Positions 24,476-38,195 are shown, counted from the first letter of the stretch. The stretch: DNA of 64,000 nt from Octopus sinensis (GCF_006345805.1 NC_043016.1:31992001-32056000), one strand, 5' to 3'. Numbers and translations: made by a program. Notes: generated by a model not told the origin, from the sequence alone.

Positions 24476-26190
24476 TATTATGTTATCCCATAAATAATGT
24501 GGTTTTATTATACTTCTTTTCATCATCATCATCATCCTTTAACGTCCGCTTTCCATGCTAGCATGGGTTGGACGATTTAACTGAGGACTGGCGAACCAGA
24601 TGGCTGCACCAGACTCCAATCTTGATCTGGCAGAGTTTCTGCTGCTGGATGCCCTTCCTAATGCCAACCACTCCGAGAGTGTAGTGGGTACTTTTACGTG
24701 CCACCGGCATGAGGGCCAGTCTGGCAGTACTGGTAACAGCCACGCTCGAAATGGTGTTTTTTATGTGCCACCTGCGCAGGAGTCAGTCCAGCAGCACTGG
24801 CAACGACCTCGTTTGAATGTTTTGTTCACGTGCCAGTAAGGCGACGCTGATAACGATCATGCTCAAATGGTGCTTTTTATGTGCCCACTGGCATGGAAGC
24901 CAGACAGTGATCCCGCTCGGATGGCACGGGTGCCAGTCATTGAATTTGGTTCAATTTCAATTCAAAATTAAGATAAAGAAGAGTTCTTTTTTAATCTAAA
25001 ATATACCATCCTTCATTTTACTCAAAGCTCTTCCATCTATCTGGTAGATTGACAAGGGCCCACCCCTTCCAAATTTGCTCATCTATGACGAAAAATACTC
25101 CTCCAGTACTGTTCTGAACTTGTCTACAGAATTCATATTTTTTCCATCTAAATGATTTTGAAGACTGCGGAATAAATGATAATAAGATGGGCAATGTCCA
25201 GCGAATATGGTGGGTGGGTCATCATTTCCCATTCAAACTGCTCCAGCCTCCGGAATGTCATCCTTACTGTATATGACTGAGCATTATCCTGATGAAAGAA
25301 CACCTTTTGTCTTGAAACCAAAGATGGTTGTTTTTCTTCTAGTGCTGACTTAAGCCATTCAAGCTACTCACAGTAGATCCCCTTTGTTATTTTGTTTGGG
25401 TTTAAAAGTTCAAAGTGGACTAAACCTTTCATATCCCACCCAACAGATAACACTTTATGTGGGGGAAGACCTTCTTTAGCCTGGGGTGCCAGTGTTTCTG
25501 CTTTCCCTACCGGCTGTCTTCAGCACTTGACATTTTTATAGAGAACCCATTTCTCGTCACCAGTCACTGTTCAGTCCAAAAAAGGTTCATTTGTGAGACT
25601 TGACAGCAAAGAAGAGCACGCATTCACCCTCTGTGCACAATTAAACTTGGAAAGTTTGTGAGGGACCCATTGACCCAATTTTCTGGCTTTTCCAGTAGCA
25701 CACAGGTGTTGACGAATGATTGAATGACCAAATCCAAGCTTCTCTGCTAGTTCCTCAATGGTTACAATGGGATTTTATTCCACTAGGGTTTGCAGGATGT
25801 TCTCATTGAGCTCTACAGATTTTTCAAGATGATGCTTGTCTTCTAGGCTGTAGTTTCCAGCACAGAATTTCTGGAACCACCATTGACACTGGTTTATGCT
25901 TATTGTCTGATCCCCATATACTGCATTAATATTCTTCATACTTTCTGTTGCCTTTATTGAACTCATAAAGCAAAATATGCCATATATTCTCCTTTGTCAC
26001 TTCCATTATAGCTTTGAAAAAATAACTGTTAAAATCGAACTGCACTCTTCAAAACTTACACTAAGAATAAGGACAAGGTAAAAATTACTACCTGCTTTTA
26101 TAGCAAGTTGATGTAGGTAGCTTATCCCGTCCTCTGACTTTTAGTTCATGCAATTGAAAAAAACTGCATTATTTATGGGATGATCCAATA
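24476..26190 (-). mobile_element. Full-length decayed mariner transposon with nested RTE-UTR insertion
   Basis: TIRs TATTATGTTATCCCATAAATAATGTGGTTTT / rc TATTGGATCATCCCATAAATAATGCAGTTTT. Motifs: HTH (25775-25966), QWVPHKL, VTGDEKW, HQDNA, HPPYSLDIA. About 1.27 kb after removing the insert. Confidence 0.9.
24520..24960 (-). mobile_element. RTE 3'UTR-derived repeat inserted in the mariner
   Basis: (CAT)n followed by TTTAACGTCCGCTTTCCATGCTAGCATGGG. Confidence 0.85.
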
Positions 26191-26729
26191 TATAAATGTT
26201 ATCACTTTCTATCTTTTTCATATCTCTCTCTCTCTCTCTCTCTCTACCCCTTCCTTTCTCAAAAATTCCTCGTCTTGCAAAGTTACTTGGTGACCCTGCC
26301 AGTGCTGGTGCCATGTAAAAAGCATTTAGCCACTCTATAGGACACTTGGTGTTGGGAAGGGCATCCAGCTATAAAAAAACCCTGCCAAAACAGACACAGC
26401 AACTTGTAGTAGTCTTCTACTTGGCTTGCTCCTGTCAAACTGTCCAACCCATGACAGCATGGAAGACAGATGTTAAATGATGATGATATGTATTTACACC
26501 TCCTCCTTGACTTAAGACCATCCACACTTAGGACTACAAAAAATAAGGAAATAAAACAGTAAATAAAAAATCAATTTTTGGATGTTGGGTAGTTGCTGGT
26601 ACAATAACTATGGCAGCATCTGGCAACGCAGGTCTCTCTCTGACCCAGGAACTGCCACTTGCCTTCCACTGTCTCTCACTCAATTGCTTTGAAGCAGCAG
26701 TTGTGTTTGAATGGAAATAGCGTTCAATG

Positions 26730-26830
26730 AGAAAAAGGCCATCAAAGCCACTCGGGAAGACTGTAGGATCCTACTTCTATCTGCAGTTAAGGGTAATGTT
26801 ACAATAGTCATGAGTTTGATAGAATACACA
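26730..26830 (+). pseudogene. Penelope-like RT N-terminal (DKG motif) remnant
   Basis: EKKAIKATREDCRILLLSAVKGNVTIVMSLIEY resembles E..AL..L.....I....ADKG...VV.....Y. Confidence 0.6.
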
Positions 26831-26932
26831 GAGTTTTTCTTGCAAAAAAGGTTAATAAGAATTTTATAAATATCCCAACTGTATCTGCCAAATGGAAGAT
26901 ATCAGTCCTACTGCAAATGAAATCTGTTTTAT

Positions 26933-27375
26933 TCATCATCATCGTTTAACGTCCGTTCTCCATGCTAGCATGGGTTGGACGGTTCGACCGGGGATCTGGG
27001 AAGCCAGAAGGCTGCACCAGGCTCAGGTCTTATCTGGCAAATGTTTCTACAGCTGGATGCCCTTCCTAACACCAACCACTCCGTGAGTGTAGTGGGTGCT
27101 TTTTACGTGCCACCCGCACAGGTGCCAGGTGAGGCTGGCATCGGCCACGGTCGGATTGGTGCATTTTACGTGCCACCGGTACGGAAGCCAGTCGAGGCGG
27201 CACTGGCTTCGGCCACGATTCGGATGGTGCTTTTTAAGTGCCACCGACACAGAAGCAGTCGAGGCGGCGCTGGCAACGGCCACGATTCGGATAGTGCTTT
27301 TTACGTATCTCCAGTCCAGGGGTCCTGGCATCTGCCGGGTGCCAGTCATAGGATTGGTTCAATTTCGATTCCGAT
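26933..27375 (-). mobile_element. RTE 3'UTR-derived repeat (CpG-rich, probably young)
   Basis: (CAT)n tail, core and 4-5 internal subrepeats. Confidence 0.85.
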
Positions 27376-27590
27376 TTATTGACTATCAATATTGCCAGCT
27401 TTATGCAACAGCCATTGTAAGTTACCTCATGTGCAGGTTTCCTCTTCTAAAAGAAAACAAAATCCACAAGAACTGTTGTTAATCATAGAAATTCAGCATG
27501 TAGGCGCAGGAGTGGCTGTGTGGTTCAGTCCCACTGCATGGCACCTTGGGCTAGTGTCTTCTACTATAAGCCTCAGGCCGACCAAGGCCT

Positions 27591-27690
27591 NNNNNNNNNN
27601 NNNNNNNNNNNNNNNNNNNNNNNNNNNNNNNNNNNNNNNNNNNNNNNNNNNNNNNNNNNNNNNNNNNNNNNNNNNNNNNNNNNNNNNNNN
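27591..27690. other. Assembly gap (100 N)
   Basis: Run of N that truncates a SINE (27502-27590). Confidence 1.
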
Positions 27691-27927
27691 AAGAAAAGAA
27701 AAGGTTTTTAGGTGATGTAGGATGACAAACAGAGCTGGAGGTGGTGTTGGTATTAGTGGTAGCAAAATTCAGGTGAAAAGGAGAGAATTTTTAATAAATA
27801 GTAAAAAAAATAAAAAAATAAAAAAAATGAAAATAAATAAATAAATAAACAGGATGTCCTCATCTGGCATCCAGCAGTGAAATAATAATATTAATAATAA
27901 TAATAATATTAATAATAATAATAATAT

Positions 27928-27981
<54 letters not shown>

Positions 27982-28105
27982 TAATATTAATAATAATAAT
28001 ATTAATAAAAAGTGTATTGTAATAAGAAAGGATTACATTGGAGAAATGAGCCATGGGATGGTGTATGCATGTGTGTGTGAGTGTATGTAACTGAAAGACA
28101 GAGCT

Positions 28106-28157
<52 letters not shown>

Positions 28158-28622
28158 GGATGACATGACAGACAAATATAAAAATAAATAGGAAAAGATC
28201 TAAGCAGATGGAGAGAGAGAAAGAAAGACTGACAAAGACAAGGAAGAAGATTTACATATATACATACACACACACACACATACACACATGGATACATGTA
28301 TATAATATGCATACATATGTATATATATACACACATATATATATACATACACACACACATACATATATATATATATACATACATACATATATATGTGTAT
28401 GTATATATATATGTGTGTGTGCGTGTGTATGTATGTATGTGTGTGTGTATATATATATAAGTATATTAATGTTTGCTTTTATGTTCAGTTCTAATAAAAC
28501 CAATTTTGCATTAATCTGATGGGTTACTCCACACTTTTGTAGAGTACAAATTTATTATTCTTTATTATTAGCAGTGACTTCGAAGTTTTTAGCCAGCTAA
28601 CCCATCACATACATATGTATGT

Positions 28623-28649
<27 letters not shown>

Positions 28650-28653
<4 letters not shown>

Positions 28654-29075
28654 CCTTGGATCGTAGGGCAACCCCTGCTGTGCTTGAGGAGACCTATTGA
28701 GTCAAGTACATCAACATCAAAAATCAAATGGGAATTGTAGTTGTGATACCTGGGCCAGTGGCCCGTAAAAAGCACCATCCGAAAATGGCCGATGCCAGCA
28801 CCGCCTTGACTAGCGTCCATGCTGGTGGCATGTAAAAAGCACCAACCGATTGTGGACATTGCCAGCCTCCCCTGGCACCTGTGCCATGGCATGTAAAAAG
28901 TACCTACTACACTCACGGAGTGGTTGGCGTTAGGAAGGGTATCCAGCTGTAGAAACACTGCCAGATCAGACTGGAGCCTGGTGCAGCCTCCTGGCTTCCC
29001 AGACCCCGGTCGAACCATCCAACCCATGCTAGCATGGAAAACGGACGTTAAACGATGATGATGATGATGATGATG
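28650..29075 (+). mobile_element. RTE 3'UTR-derived repeat
   Basis: Subrepeats, core and (GAT)n tail. Confidence 0.85.
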
Positions 29076-29087
29076 ATATATATATTT

Positions 29088-29758
29088 AGGCACAGGAGTG
29101 GGTGTGTTGTAAGAAGCTTCCTTACCAACCACATGCTTCCAGGTTCAGTCCCACTGCATAGCACCTTGGGAAAGTGTCTTCTGCTATAGCTTTTAGCCAA
29201 CCAAAGCCTTGTGAGTGGATTTGGTAGATGGAAACTGAAAGAAGCCTGTCTCATAATATATATATATGTATGTATGTATGTATGTATATAAAAAGGCACG
29301 TAAAAAGCACCCACTACACTCAAGGAGTGGTTGGCGTTAGGAAGGGCATCCAGCTGTAGAAACACTGCCAGATCAGACTGGAGCCTGGTGCTTCCCAGAC
29401 CCCAGTTGAACTGTCCAACCCATGCTAGTATTTATATGTAAATTTTTTTCACACTTATATTAAATTCTCTGAAGAGGCCGTGAGACATCCTTGTTAATGT
29501 CTCATTTATACCTGCTTTATATGGCTAAAAGGTTAAATGAGACATACTTGTCTTCACGGCCGAACAGCTGTCAGATATGATGTAATTGTATTTTATTTAT
29601 ATTTCCATGTCTAGTTATATTTGCAATATATTATGTATAATGTCTTTGCTGTTATGTAATGGTGTAATAAAGTATTGATTGGGTATTATCTGATGGTTGA
29701 TGATTGATTGATTTAAGTATGTCCTCCATATCTATTTTTGTTTTCTCTTTTGTATATA

Positions 29759-29808
<50 letters not shown>

Positions 29809-30045
29809 TATATCTAATATATGCATGTATGTTTTGTGTGTCCGTGTTGGTCTCCCACCATCACCTGACAACTGATGCTGGTGTGTTTACATCTCTGTAA
29901 CATAGTGGTTCGGCAAAAAGAACGAACAGAATAAGTACTAGGCTTACAAAGAGTAAGTCCTGGGGTCAAATTGTTGGACTAAATGTGGAGCTCCAGCATG
30001 GCCGCAGTCAAATGACTGAAACAAGTAAAAGAATAAAAGAATACA
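29088..30045 (+). mobile_element. Major SINE split by insertions at its internal microsatellite
   Basis: 5' half 29088-29250 and 3' half ~29830-30045. An RTE-UTR piece and the hammerhead-bearing segment lie between them. Confidence 0.7.
29466..29575 (+). ncRNA. Type I hammerhead ribozyme-like motif with extended stem II (Penelope-type)
   Basis: TCT CTGAAGA GGCCGTGA-GACA...TGTCTCATTT...AAATGAGACA...TGTC-T-TCACGGCC GAA CAGCTG TC AGA. One A of the canonical GAAA is absent. Confidence 0.65.
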
Positions 30046-31215
30046 GACAGACAGATATATTAGCCAATGCAGCCTAATCCATTGTTAGACAGCCAGTGTC
30101 TAAACTGACAATACCACCACTCTGTTTGGTGGGCAGGGTGGCTTTTGAATACCCTGCAGGAAGAAAAATAAGATCCATCCCAGGGCAGATGAACTCTGGA
30201 GAGTCAATGGCCATCTACATCAAGCTAAGCAAAATTATGGTTGTCTTCTGCATACAGGTTTGTCCCCTGCATTCCTCTCCAGCTGAGCATTCCCAATCCT
30301 GCAGTTTTGTGAGTGCAGGTGCCATGCAGAAAGCACCTGTACTGATGCCATGTACAGGTGCTTTTACACAGCACCATGTTGGTGCTATGTAAAAGCACCC
30401 AGTACACTCTGTAGAGTGGTTGATGTTAGGAAGGGCCTTCAGCTGTAGAAACTATGCCAAAACAGACACAGGACCTGGGCAGCTCTTCAACTGGCCAGCT
30501 CCTGTCAAGCTGTCCAACCCATGCCAGCATGGGAAATGGAAGTTTGATGATGATGATGATGAATGAATGGGGACTTAGAAATGTCTGGTTTGGTACCCAG
30601 GTGTGCATTTAGCTGACAAGTGTAGAAAACAGAACTAACCCAGGAGGTGAAGACCTCTATGGCTCAGGTATGTGATTCATTGAGTTTGTGGTAAACACTT
30701 GCACCAACTTTCTGCCATCAGCATTTCGAAACAGTCTTTACCATGGAAAACAAATTATTTGTGTGGGTCATCTAGTGTAGCTCTGCAATTCCCCTGCTAT
30801 TCACTATTCAACCAAAAGCATGTAAACATGTCCACTGGCAAGAGAGTTAAGGTGACATGGACAGATAAGGGATATTAGTAGTACTCGCCAACTGAAGCTC
30901 CCCTTGGCCATTCATGCATAAAACCATGGGCCTTTATGCTGTCCATCTCCTCCAATGGTGTCACAGCACATCTATTCAGATACAGCATTGCTTTCCTTAT
31001 GCAAAGAGAAAATGATAAAAAGAATTCTAAATATTGCTTGCTTGTGTCTCTAACTTGGCAGCTGTCTGGTCATTGTGTACCACAGTCAAAAATGTAACAA
31101 AAAATGTAAGAAGGAATTGAACCTTGACTCATGGAATGTCTGTATGCTCCAAAATATGATTCCACTCCTGAACATAAAATGGCAATGATATCTAATGCTC
31201 TGATTAAGTACAACA

Positions 31216-31610
31216 TGGCGCAGGAGTAGCTGTGTGGTAAGTAGCTTGCTTACCAACCACATGGTCATGGATTCAGTCCCACTGCATTGCACCTTGGGCA
31301 AGTGTCTTCTACTATAGCCTCAGGCTGACCAAAACCTTGTGAGTGGATTTGGTAGACAGAAACTGAAAGAAGCCTGTCATATATGTATATATATGTATGT
31401 GTGTATCCTTGTGTGTCTGTCTGTCCCCCCAACATTGCTTGACAACTGATGCTGATGTGTTTACGTCCCCGTAACTTAGCTGTTTGGCAAAAAGAGACTG
31501 ATAAAATAAGTACTAGGCTTACAACGACTAAGTCCTGGGGTCGATTTGCTCGACTAAAGGCGGTGCTCCAGCATGGCCGCAGTCAAATGACTGAAACAAA
31601 TAAAAGAATA
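31216..31610 (+). mobile_element. Major SINE, full length
   Basis: Complete head-to-tail match. Confidence 0.9.
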
Positions 31611-34300
31611 TCTGCATTCAGTGAAATTCATCTTGCAGGTATTTCTCAGCTGGAGGAGTGTGGGTGGGGCATACACTTACACGTCTGCCAAACGTTGGCT
31701 TTGCAATGAAATCTCAGCTTGGGAAGTCTCTATCTTCCCTTCCTTCTGGAGTCACTGACTTGCTAGACTTGGAAAACGATACTTTTGTCACATTAGTCAG
31801 CTGTTATGCTCCAGTCACGTCTTTCTCAGAGCAGGAGAAAGAAAAAACTATACAGGCAACTTACTACAGGTAAGCAACTTACAAGCAACTTACTGAGGTA
31901 TCTGCATAAGGACACACTAGTTTTGACAGGAGGCTTCGATGCTTGAGTGAATGCTGACCATCAAATATAGCGTAATATTCTTGGTCAGAGTGAATGAACT
32001 CAAAGGGTTTATGTCTTTTATTTTCCAGAAAACTTTATCTTGCAGCCACCAACACTTTCTACCAACAGACAAAGAACCACAAATCAACTTGGATACATTT
32101 AAGATCAAAAGATCAGCATATGACTAATTACATAATCACAAGGCAGCATGACATGAAGGACTTCAGCATCACTCATTTCTTCCACAACACCTGTTATCTT
32201 TTAGATCATGCTTTTTATTTTTATTTATTTCTTTAATTTTTTTTGCATAGCAATGTTTCCTCCCACATTTCTTGAAAGAAGCGTTGTATAACCAACTAAT
32301 CAATCTCAAAATGCATCAGCATTTGGCCATTGAAATCCATCCATATAACAAAAGAGTTATCTGATCCAATGTGAAATTTCTTCTGATTCAGTGCAAATAA
32401 CTGATGATAACGAATCATCTTGGAAATTCCTCAGAAACGCCATTTATAAAACATTTTTGGGGGAGATATGGAGCTTCTCTGTGCAGAAGCAACAGGATTG
32501 GTTTGATGACAGCAATGCAAATGTTTGGCAATTTATCAAAAAGATGCATGACTCACACAAGGCCAGGATCAATGGTAAACACTCCAATATCAAAAAGCAT
32601 GCAAACTATGCAAAAAACAGATACAGACTTCCTTCAGGAGAACAAAAGAGTTTTGGTCATTATCTAAAGCTGCTGAATTCCAGGAAGCAGTGAACAAAGA
32701 GGGCTTAAAAGCTTCCTATGAAGATCTCAAAGAGTTTTAAGGTTCCTTGGAAAATGGTACATTTTTTGTTCTAGCTTCAGGTGATCAGACTCTTCTGACT
32801 GTTAATCTTATGCTTACCGAATGGAAGAATAATTCTGAGACTGTTCTTCATTCTTAATTCCAACTCTGTCATCAATGACAATGTAATTGATTCTAATCTT
32901 CAAAGACCAGATATCCTAGAGATATCTCTTAAATTATGCTTAAAGGAACTTCAAGATGCCATAAAGCAAATGTCATCAAACAAAGCCCTTGGTAAGGATA
33001 GTTAATACACAAAATGAAATCTTCAAATATTGCAGTATAATGTTGGCGCAAAAGCTTTTTCTGAGTTCTTTGAAGTCATGTGGATGTGTGCACAGGATGC
33101 ATCCACAAAGTATCTCTCCAAAAACAAGAGAAGAAAAGTTGTCTGCTATAATTCATGTGGAAACTCACTCCTATGCATTGCAGAAAAAATTCTGGCAAAA
33201 GTAATTCTGAACAGGATAATCATGCATGTTATCAAAGCCATCTGTTAGAGCCACAATGTGATTTTAGAACAGGGTGTTCAGAAAATCATGAACTGTGTGT
33301 GGTTTCCATAGATCTAACCAAAACATTCAATATTGTCAACAGAAATGCTCTCAGGATAGTTCTAAACTGGTACACCTGATAAAATGCTAAGTCATCATTT
33401 TTTCTTTTTGTTTTTTTTTGTTTTTTTTTTTGTTTGTTTTTGTTTTATCAGATGGTCAACTTTCAGACTCTCTTGAGGTCGACTTTGCTTTTCATCTTTT
33501 CAGAGTTGATAAATTAAGTACCAGTTATGCACTGGGGTCAATATAATCAACTTAATCCATTTGTCTGTCCTTGTTTGTCGCCTCTGTGTGTAGCCCTTTG
33601 TGGGCAGTAAAGAAATAAGAATGTAGTCTTTTTTACTCTCTTGTAGGGACAAGTATCCTGGGTACCCTCTCAATTACACATCAACCAACTGGATGTCTTT
33701 CTGAAGCAAAATCTTCAGGCCATTTATGGATATAGCCTGAATGATGGAATTTTGAATGCTGGCCTATTCTCTAAATGTAAAAGATAGTGCAAAAGTATTT
33801 TTGAGTCCTTTGAAGCCAGCTGAATGTGTATCACAGAAGTATGAGGATGCATCCACAAAGCACCTCTCCAAAAACAAGGAAAGAAAAAGTGGAATTGCAC
33901 CTTTTCTTTTGAAATTCCAGTTAAAGATGGATTGGTTATGTTATTGAAATGAGTGACAACAGAATTCCAAAAGCCCTTATGTAGAACCATTTCCATGATG
34001 GAAGGAATATAAGACCACAGTTAAGATACAAGGATAAGCTCAAAGCTAACCTGAAAGTGACTAAGAACCCTTCCATCGAAACATTTCGGAAGAAACTTCA
34101 CTGAAATGCAATGAATGGAGGTTAACTTGCTATAAAGCCACTAAGAACTATCATTTGAGCCATCTGGATCATTTGAAAGTATTAAGAGCAAAGACAAAGT
34201 ATTGAATTAACATGTCAGCCACTTTCTCTAACAATCCTCTCTCATGTCCAAATTGTGGACTCCTCTGCAAACAACTGGCTGGACTGAAGTTTCAAGAGAC
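31611..34300 (+). pseudogene. Degenerate RTE (BovB-like) LINE: APE endonuclease, RT start and C-terminal zinc-finger remnant
   Basis: SEIHLAGISQLEE, VGFAMKS, TLVSCYAP, QDWFDDS, IDLTKTFNIVNR, CPNCGLLCKQLAGL. A SINE piece is nested at ~33470-33620. Confidence 0.75.
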
Positions 34301-34597
34301 AGAGACATCAGAACAAAAAATAAAAGAAAAATGCTGTAAGACCCTCATGTGTCAAAATCAATGGAGAGTCCGTTATGATATATGTAAAAGAAGGAGATAC
34401 ACAACAGTGTAAAGCAATCCAGAGACATAAAGACATACTAGGATATAGGATAGGTGAAAAATTACATTTTCGGATCAAATTACAAAAATTATGATTATAA
34501 AGTTACCATGTCTACCAAACTTCACACAGCAAAAAGTTATGGAAAGAGAAGTAGGAAGAATATAGAAAAGAGAGAGATGAGGCGGGTAAGAATGAGT

Positions 34598-34930
34598 GTC
34601 ATCATCATCATCATCATCATCCAGTGTTTTAAATCCGGGGTTTTGTCAGGGGTGGCTGGATCTACTTCGATGCCATAGCAACCGCCCTCACACCATCTTC
34701 CCATCTTGCCCTGTTTTGGGCATCCTCCCTTCTCAAGCCAACCCTCCCAATCTCCTCTTCCACCAGTCCCCTCCACATTTTCCTCTGTCTACCTTGCTTT
34801 CACGGTCCATTTACCTCGAACTCAAGTACCCTCCTCAGAACATGCTCCTCATCCCTCCTCAACACATGCCCATACCACCGCACTCCATTTGCCCCTGCCA
34901 GCCGTTCCACAAATTCCTCAATGTGGAAAA
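34598..34930 (-). pseudogene. RTE LINE 3' end with (GAT)n tail
   Basis: VERLAGANGVRWYGHVLRRDEEHVLRRVLEFEV. Confidence 0.8.
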
Positions 34931-35009
34931 CTGAATTTCTATGTGTGTGTGTGGGGGGAGAAGGTGAATTGATACACACACACACACACACACTCTCTCT
35001 CTTACATAT

Positions 35010-35328
35010 GCATACATACATACATACATACATACATACATACATACATACATACAAACATACATACATACGTACGTACGTACGTACATACATACATACA
35101 TACATACATACATACATACATACATACAAACATACATACATACATACATACATACATACACACATACAAACATACATACATACATACATACATACATACA
35201 TACACACACACATACATACATACATACATACATACATACATACATACATACATACAAACATACATACATACATACATACATACATACATACATACATACA
35301 TACATACGTACATACATACATACGTACG

Positions 35329-35394
<66 letters not shown>

Positions 35395-35690
35395 CATACA
35401 TACATACATACATACATACATACATACGCATATATACATACATACATACATACATACATACATACATACATACATACATAATACATACATACATACATGC
35501 ATACATACATACATACATACATACATACATGCATACATACATGTATACATACATACATGCATACATACATACATACATACATACAATCATACATACATAC
35601 ATACATACATACATACATACACATATATACATACATACATACATACATACACAAACACATGCATGCACATGTATGCACATCTTATATGTA
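35010..35690. repeat. (TACA)n microsatellite, ~680 bp
   Basis: Direct inspection. Confidence 0.98.
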
Positions 35691-35894
35691 CTGATTCATA
35701 ATTTAATCAGTAGGTGCAGGCATGGCTGTATGGTAAGAAACTTGCTTCCCTACCACAAGGTTCTGAGTTCAGTCCCACTATGTGGCACGTAGTTCAAGTA
35801 TCTTCTTCTATAGCCTCAGGCCTACCAAAGCCTTGTGAGTGGATTTTAGAAGACACAAACTGAAAGGAGCCCATCAAATATATATATATATATA

Positions 35895-35937
<43 letters not shown>

Positions 35938-36071
35938 AGTGGCACAACAATGTACCATATTTTGCTGGAAATAGCAGTCAGTAACTATTTATAGCAATAA
36001 TTCTACCTTTGCAATGCTTTATTTCACTGAAAAATAATATTATTGTATTGTAATAATATTTATGTATGTTT

Positions 36072-36106
<35 letters not shown>

Positions 36107-36309
36107 TCATGTGTGTATATCTATTTATGTGTGTGTGATTTGCATCTGTGTTTGTTCACCTATCACCACTTAACAACTGGGTGTTGTGTGTTTACATCCC
36201 TGTAACTTAGCAGTTTGGCAAAAGAGATCAATAGAATAAGTACAAGGCTTAAAAAAAAATGAGTGCTGCTGGAGGCGGGAAGGCGCAATTTGTTCGACTA
36301 AAAAAAAAT

Positions 36310-36906
36310 GGCACTGTCATGGTATTAGTTGTCAGAAGTGAAAGTAGAAAAATCTGACGTCGACTTCGTGTATTTACGTCAGGTTTATACCTTCGTTAAT
36401 TTACACCGTTTATTTACATACCACCACGCTGTTAGGTTTATAAAACAATTGAAGTTCAGTTTAAATTTTATAAATAAATACATTTCAATCCATGTTCTGT
36501 TTAAACTTTATAAATAAATAAATATATTCTTGCATTATTCATTATTGTTTTTAAAAAGAAATCACACCAATCTGCACAAATGACCACCACCACCACCGCG
36601 ATCACATACACCAATCAGCACGACCAATGACCACTAATGACCACCACTACCACCACCACCACCACCACCACCACCATCGAAACTGCGCGTAATTCAAAGT
36701 TGTTCACTTTGGATATCAACACATGCCGTGATATATGTGCAGAATATTATGTTGCACAAAACATTAAGCTCGGAGGGCCAAACCGAATTGTAGAGATAGA
36801 TGAAAGCGCATTTGTTATACGGAAACAAACGAAGGTGGACAAGTGACGTCAGATTGACGTCACACTTTTTTACTTTCCTCCTGACAGCTAATACCATGAA
36901 AGTGCC
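36310..36906 (+). mobile_element. Internally deleted Merlin (IS1595-like) DNA transposon inserted in a SINE
   Basis: ~45-bp TIRs GGCACTGTCATGGTATTAGTTGTCAG / CTGACAGCTAATACCATGAAAGTGCC, A-rich 8-9 bp TSD, peptide KLGGPNRIVEIDESAFVIRK. The SINE tail resumes at 36915. Confidence 0.85.
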
Positions 36907-37409
36907 AAAAAAAACTCTTCAAGGCAGTGCTACAGCATGACCGCAGTCAAAATGACTGAAACAATTGAAAGAATAAAAGAAGAGAAGAAAAGCTTGTGGT
37001 ATGTTACTCCAAAAGTGATAAACCCTTCAGACTGTGAGGAGGGAGAGAGAGAGAGAGACAGACAGACAGAAAGACAGACAGACAGACACACACCCACACA
37101 AAGAGAAACAGAAAGAGTGCCGACAGTCAGGTAGAAAATGAATGCAAGGGAGTCAGCAGAAGAGATGCAAGGAACAGTAATGAGGAGAGGTGAGAGCATG
37201 TGGACAGTGGGGTGGATGAGCATCATGTTAATAGAATTGGAGCATGGCCCTTTTTTTTTTCGGGTTTTCCTTGCTTTAGACTTGCAGAGCAGTAATAGGG
37301 GTTTCTGTGGTGCGTATGTTATTTATTATACATACACATTTAGAGGTACACATTGATACAGTTTTTAGGTACACATGCATATATATATGCAGACCTACAT
37401 GTGATGTTA

Positions 37410-37760
37410 GTGGTGGTGGCAGTAGAAGTGAAATCAGAGTGGTGGTGGAGCTGATTAATGGTGGTGGTAATGGTTGTGGTGGTGGTGGTGGTGGTGGTAA
37501 TGACAGTGGTGATGACGATGGGGGTGGAGGGGGAAGTGGTGATGGTGATGATGGTAATGATAGTGGTGATGATGGGGGGATGAGGACAGTGATGATGGTG
37601 GTGGTGATGGTGGTGGTAATGGTGATGGTTGTTGTTGTAGTATTATTCTTGTTGCAATTGTGGTGGTGGTGGTGGTGCTAGTGGTTGTGTCAGTGGTAGC
37701 AATGGTGGTGGCAGCAGTGACAATGGTGGTGTGGTTGCTACTAATACTGTTACTATTGCT
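37410..37760. repeat. (GGT/GAT)n low-complexity tract
   Basis: Direct inspection. Confidence 0.9.
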
Positions 37761-37929
37761 GCTAAATCCCCAAGTGAGCCTTAGTTGAGTAGCCGGACCA
37801 CTTGACCATCCAATCAAAGGCATTTCTGATCATGACCCATTTCGTCTTTCCCTATATCTAAAACCATGTTGTACAATATGTCCTTCTCTTTGTTTTTTAA
37901 ATATTAGTGAGTTTTGAGGGAAACTACCA

Positions 37930-38195
37930 CCTGTGTCATCTCTTGTGAAAGGTAAGAAAGTCCAGTTTTCTGGACATTGTTGTAGAGCTGAAAAAGAGGT
38001 AATTTCTACTCTCCTCCTCTGGAAGCCATCTACTCGCAATACCAGAGGGCACACACTCTCCTACCCTGATGTAATCTCCAGGGATACAGGCATCCAGCAA
38101 CAGGACCTCCGTAATGCCATGATGGACCGTGAAGTCTGGCGTAGCATGGTAAATTCCATTGTCTCGACCACGGTCGAACAATGATGATGATGATG
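37930..38195 (+). pseudogene. RTE-type LINE 3' end with (GAT)n tail
   Basis: VQFSGHCCRAEKEVISTLLLWKP...YPDVISRDTG...AMMDREVWR, stop, then GAT repeats. Confidence 0.75.

Noticed and set aside
33780-33890. Second copy of 33050-33140
   Set aside because: Internal duplication within a dead RTE fossil, with no functional signal.
34800-35700. Long ORFs (292, 273, 194 aa) of MYVC/HTYI repeats
   Set aside because: Translations of a (TACA)n microsatellite. The same applies to ORFs at ~836-1206, 27860-28519, 41930-42326, 43612-44322 and 58855-59202.
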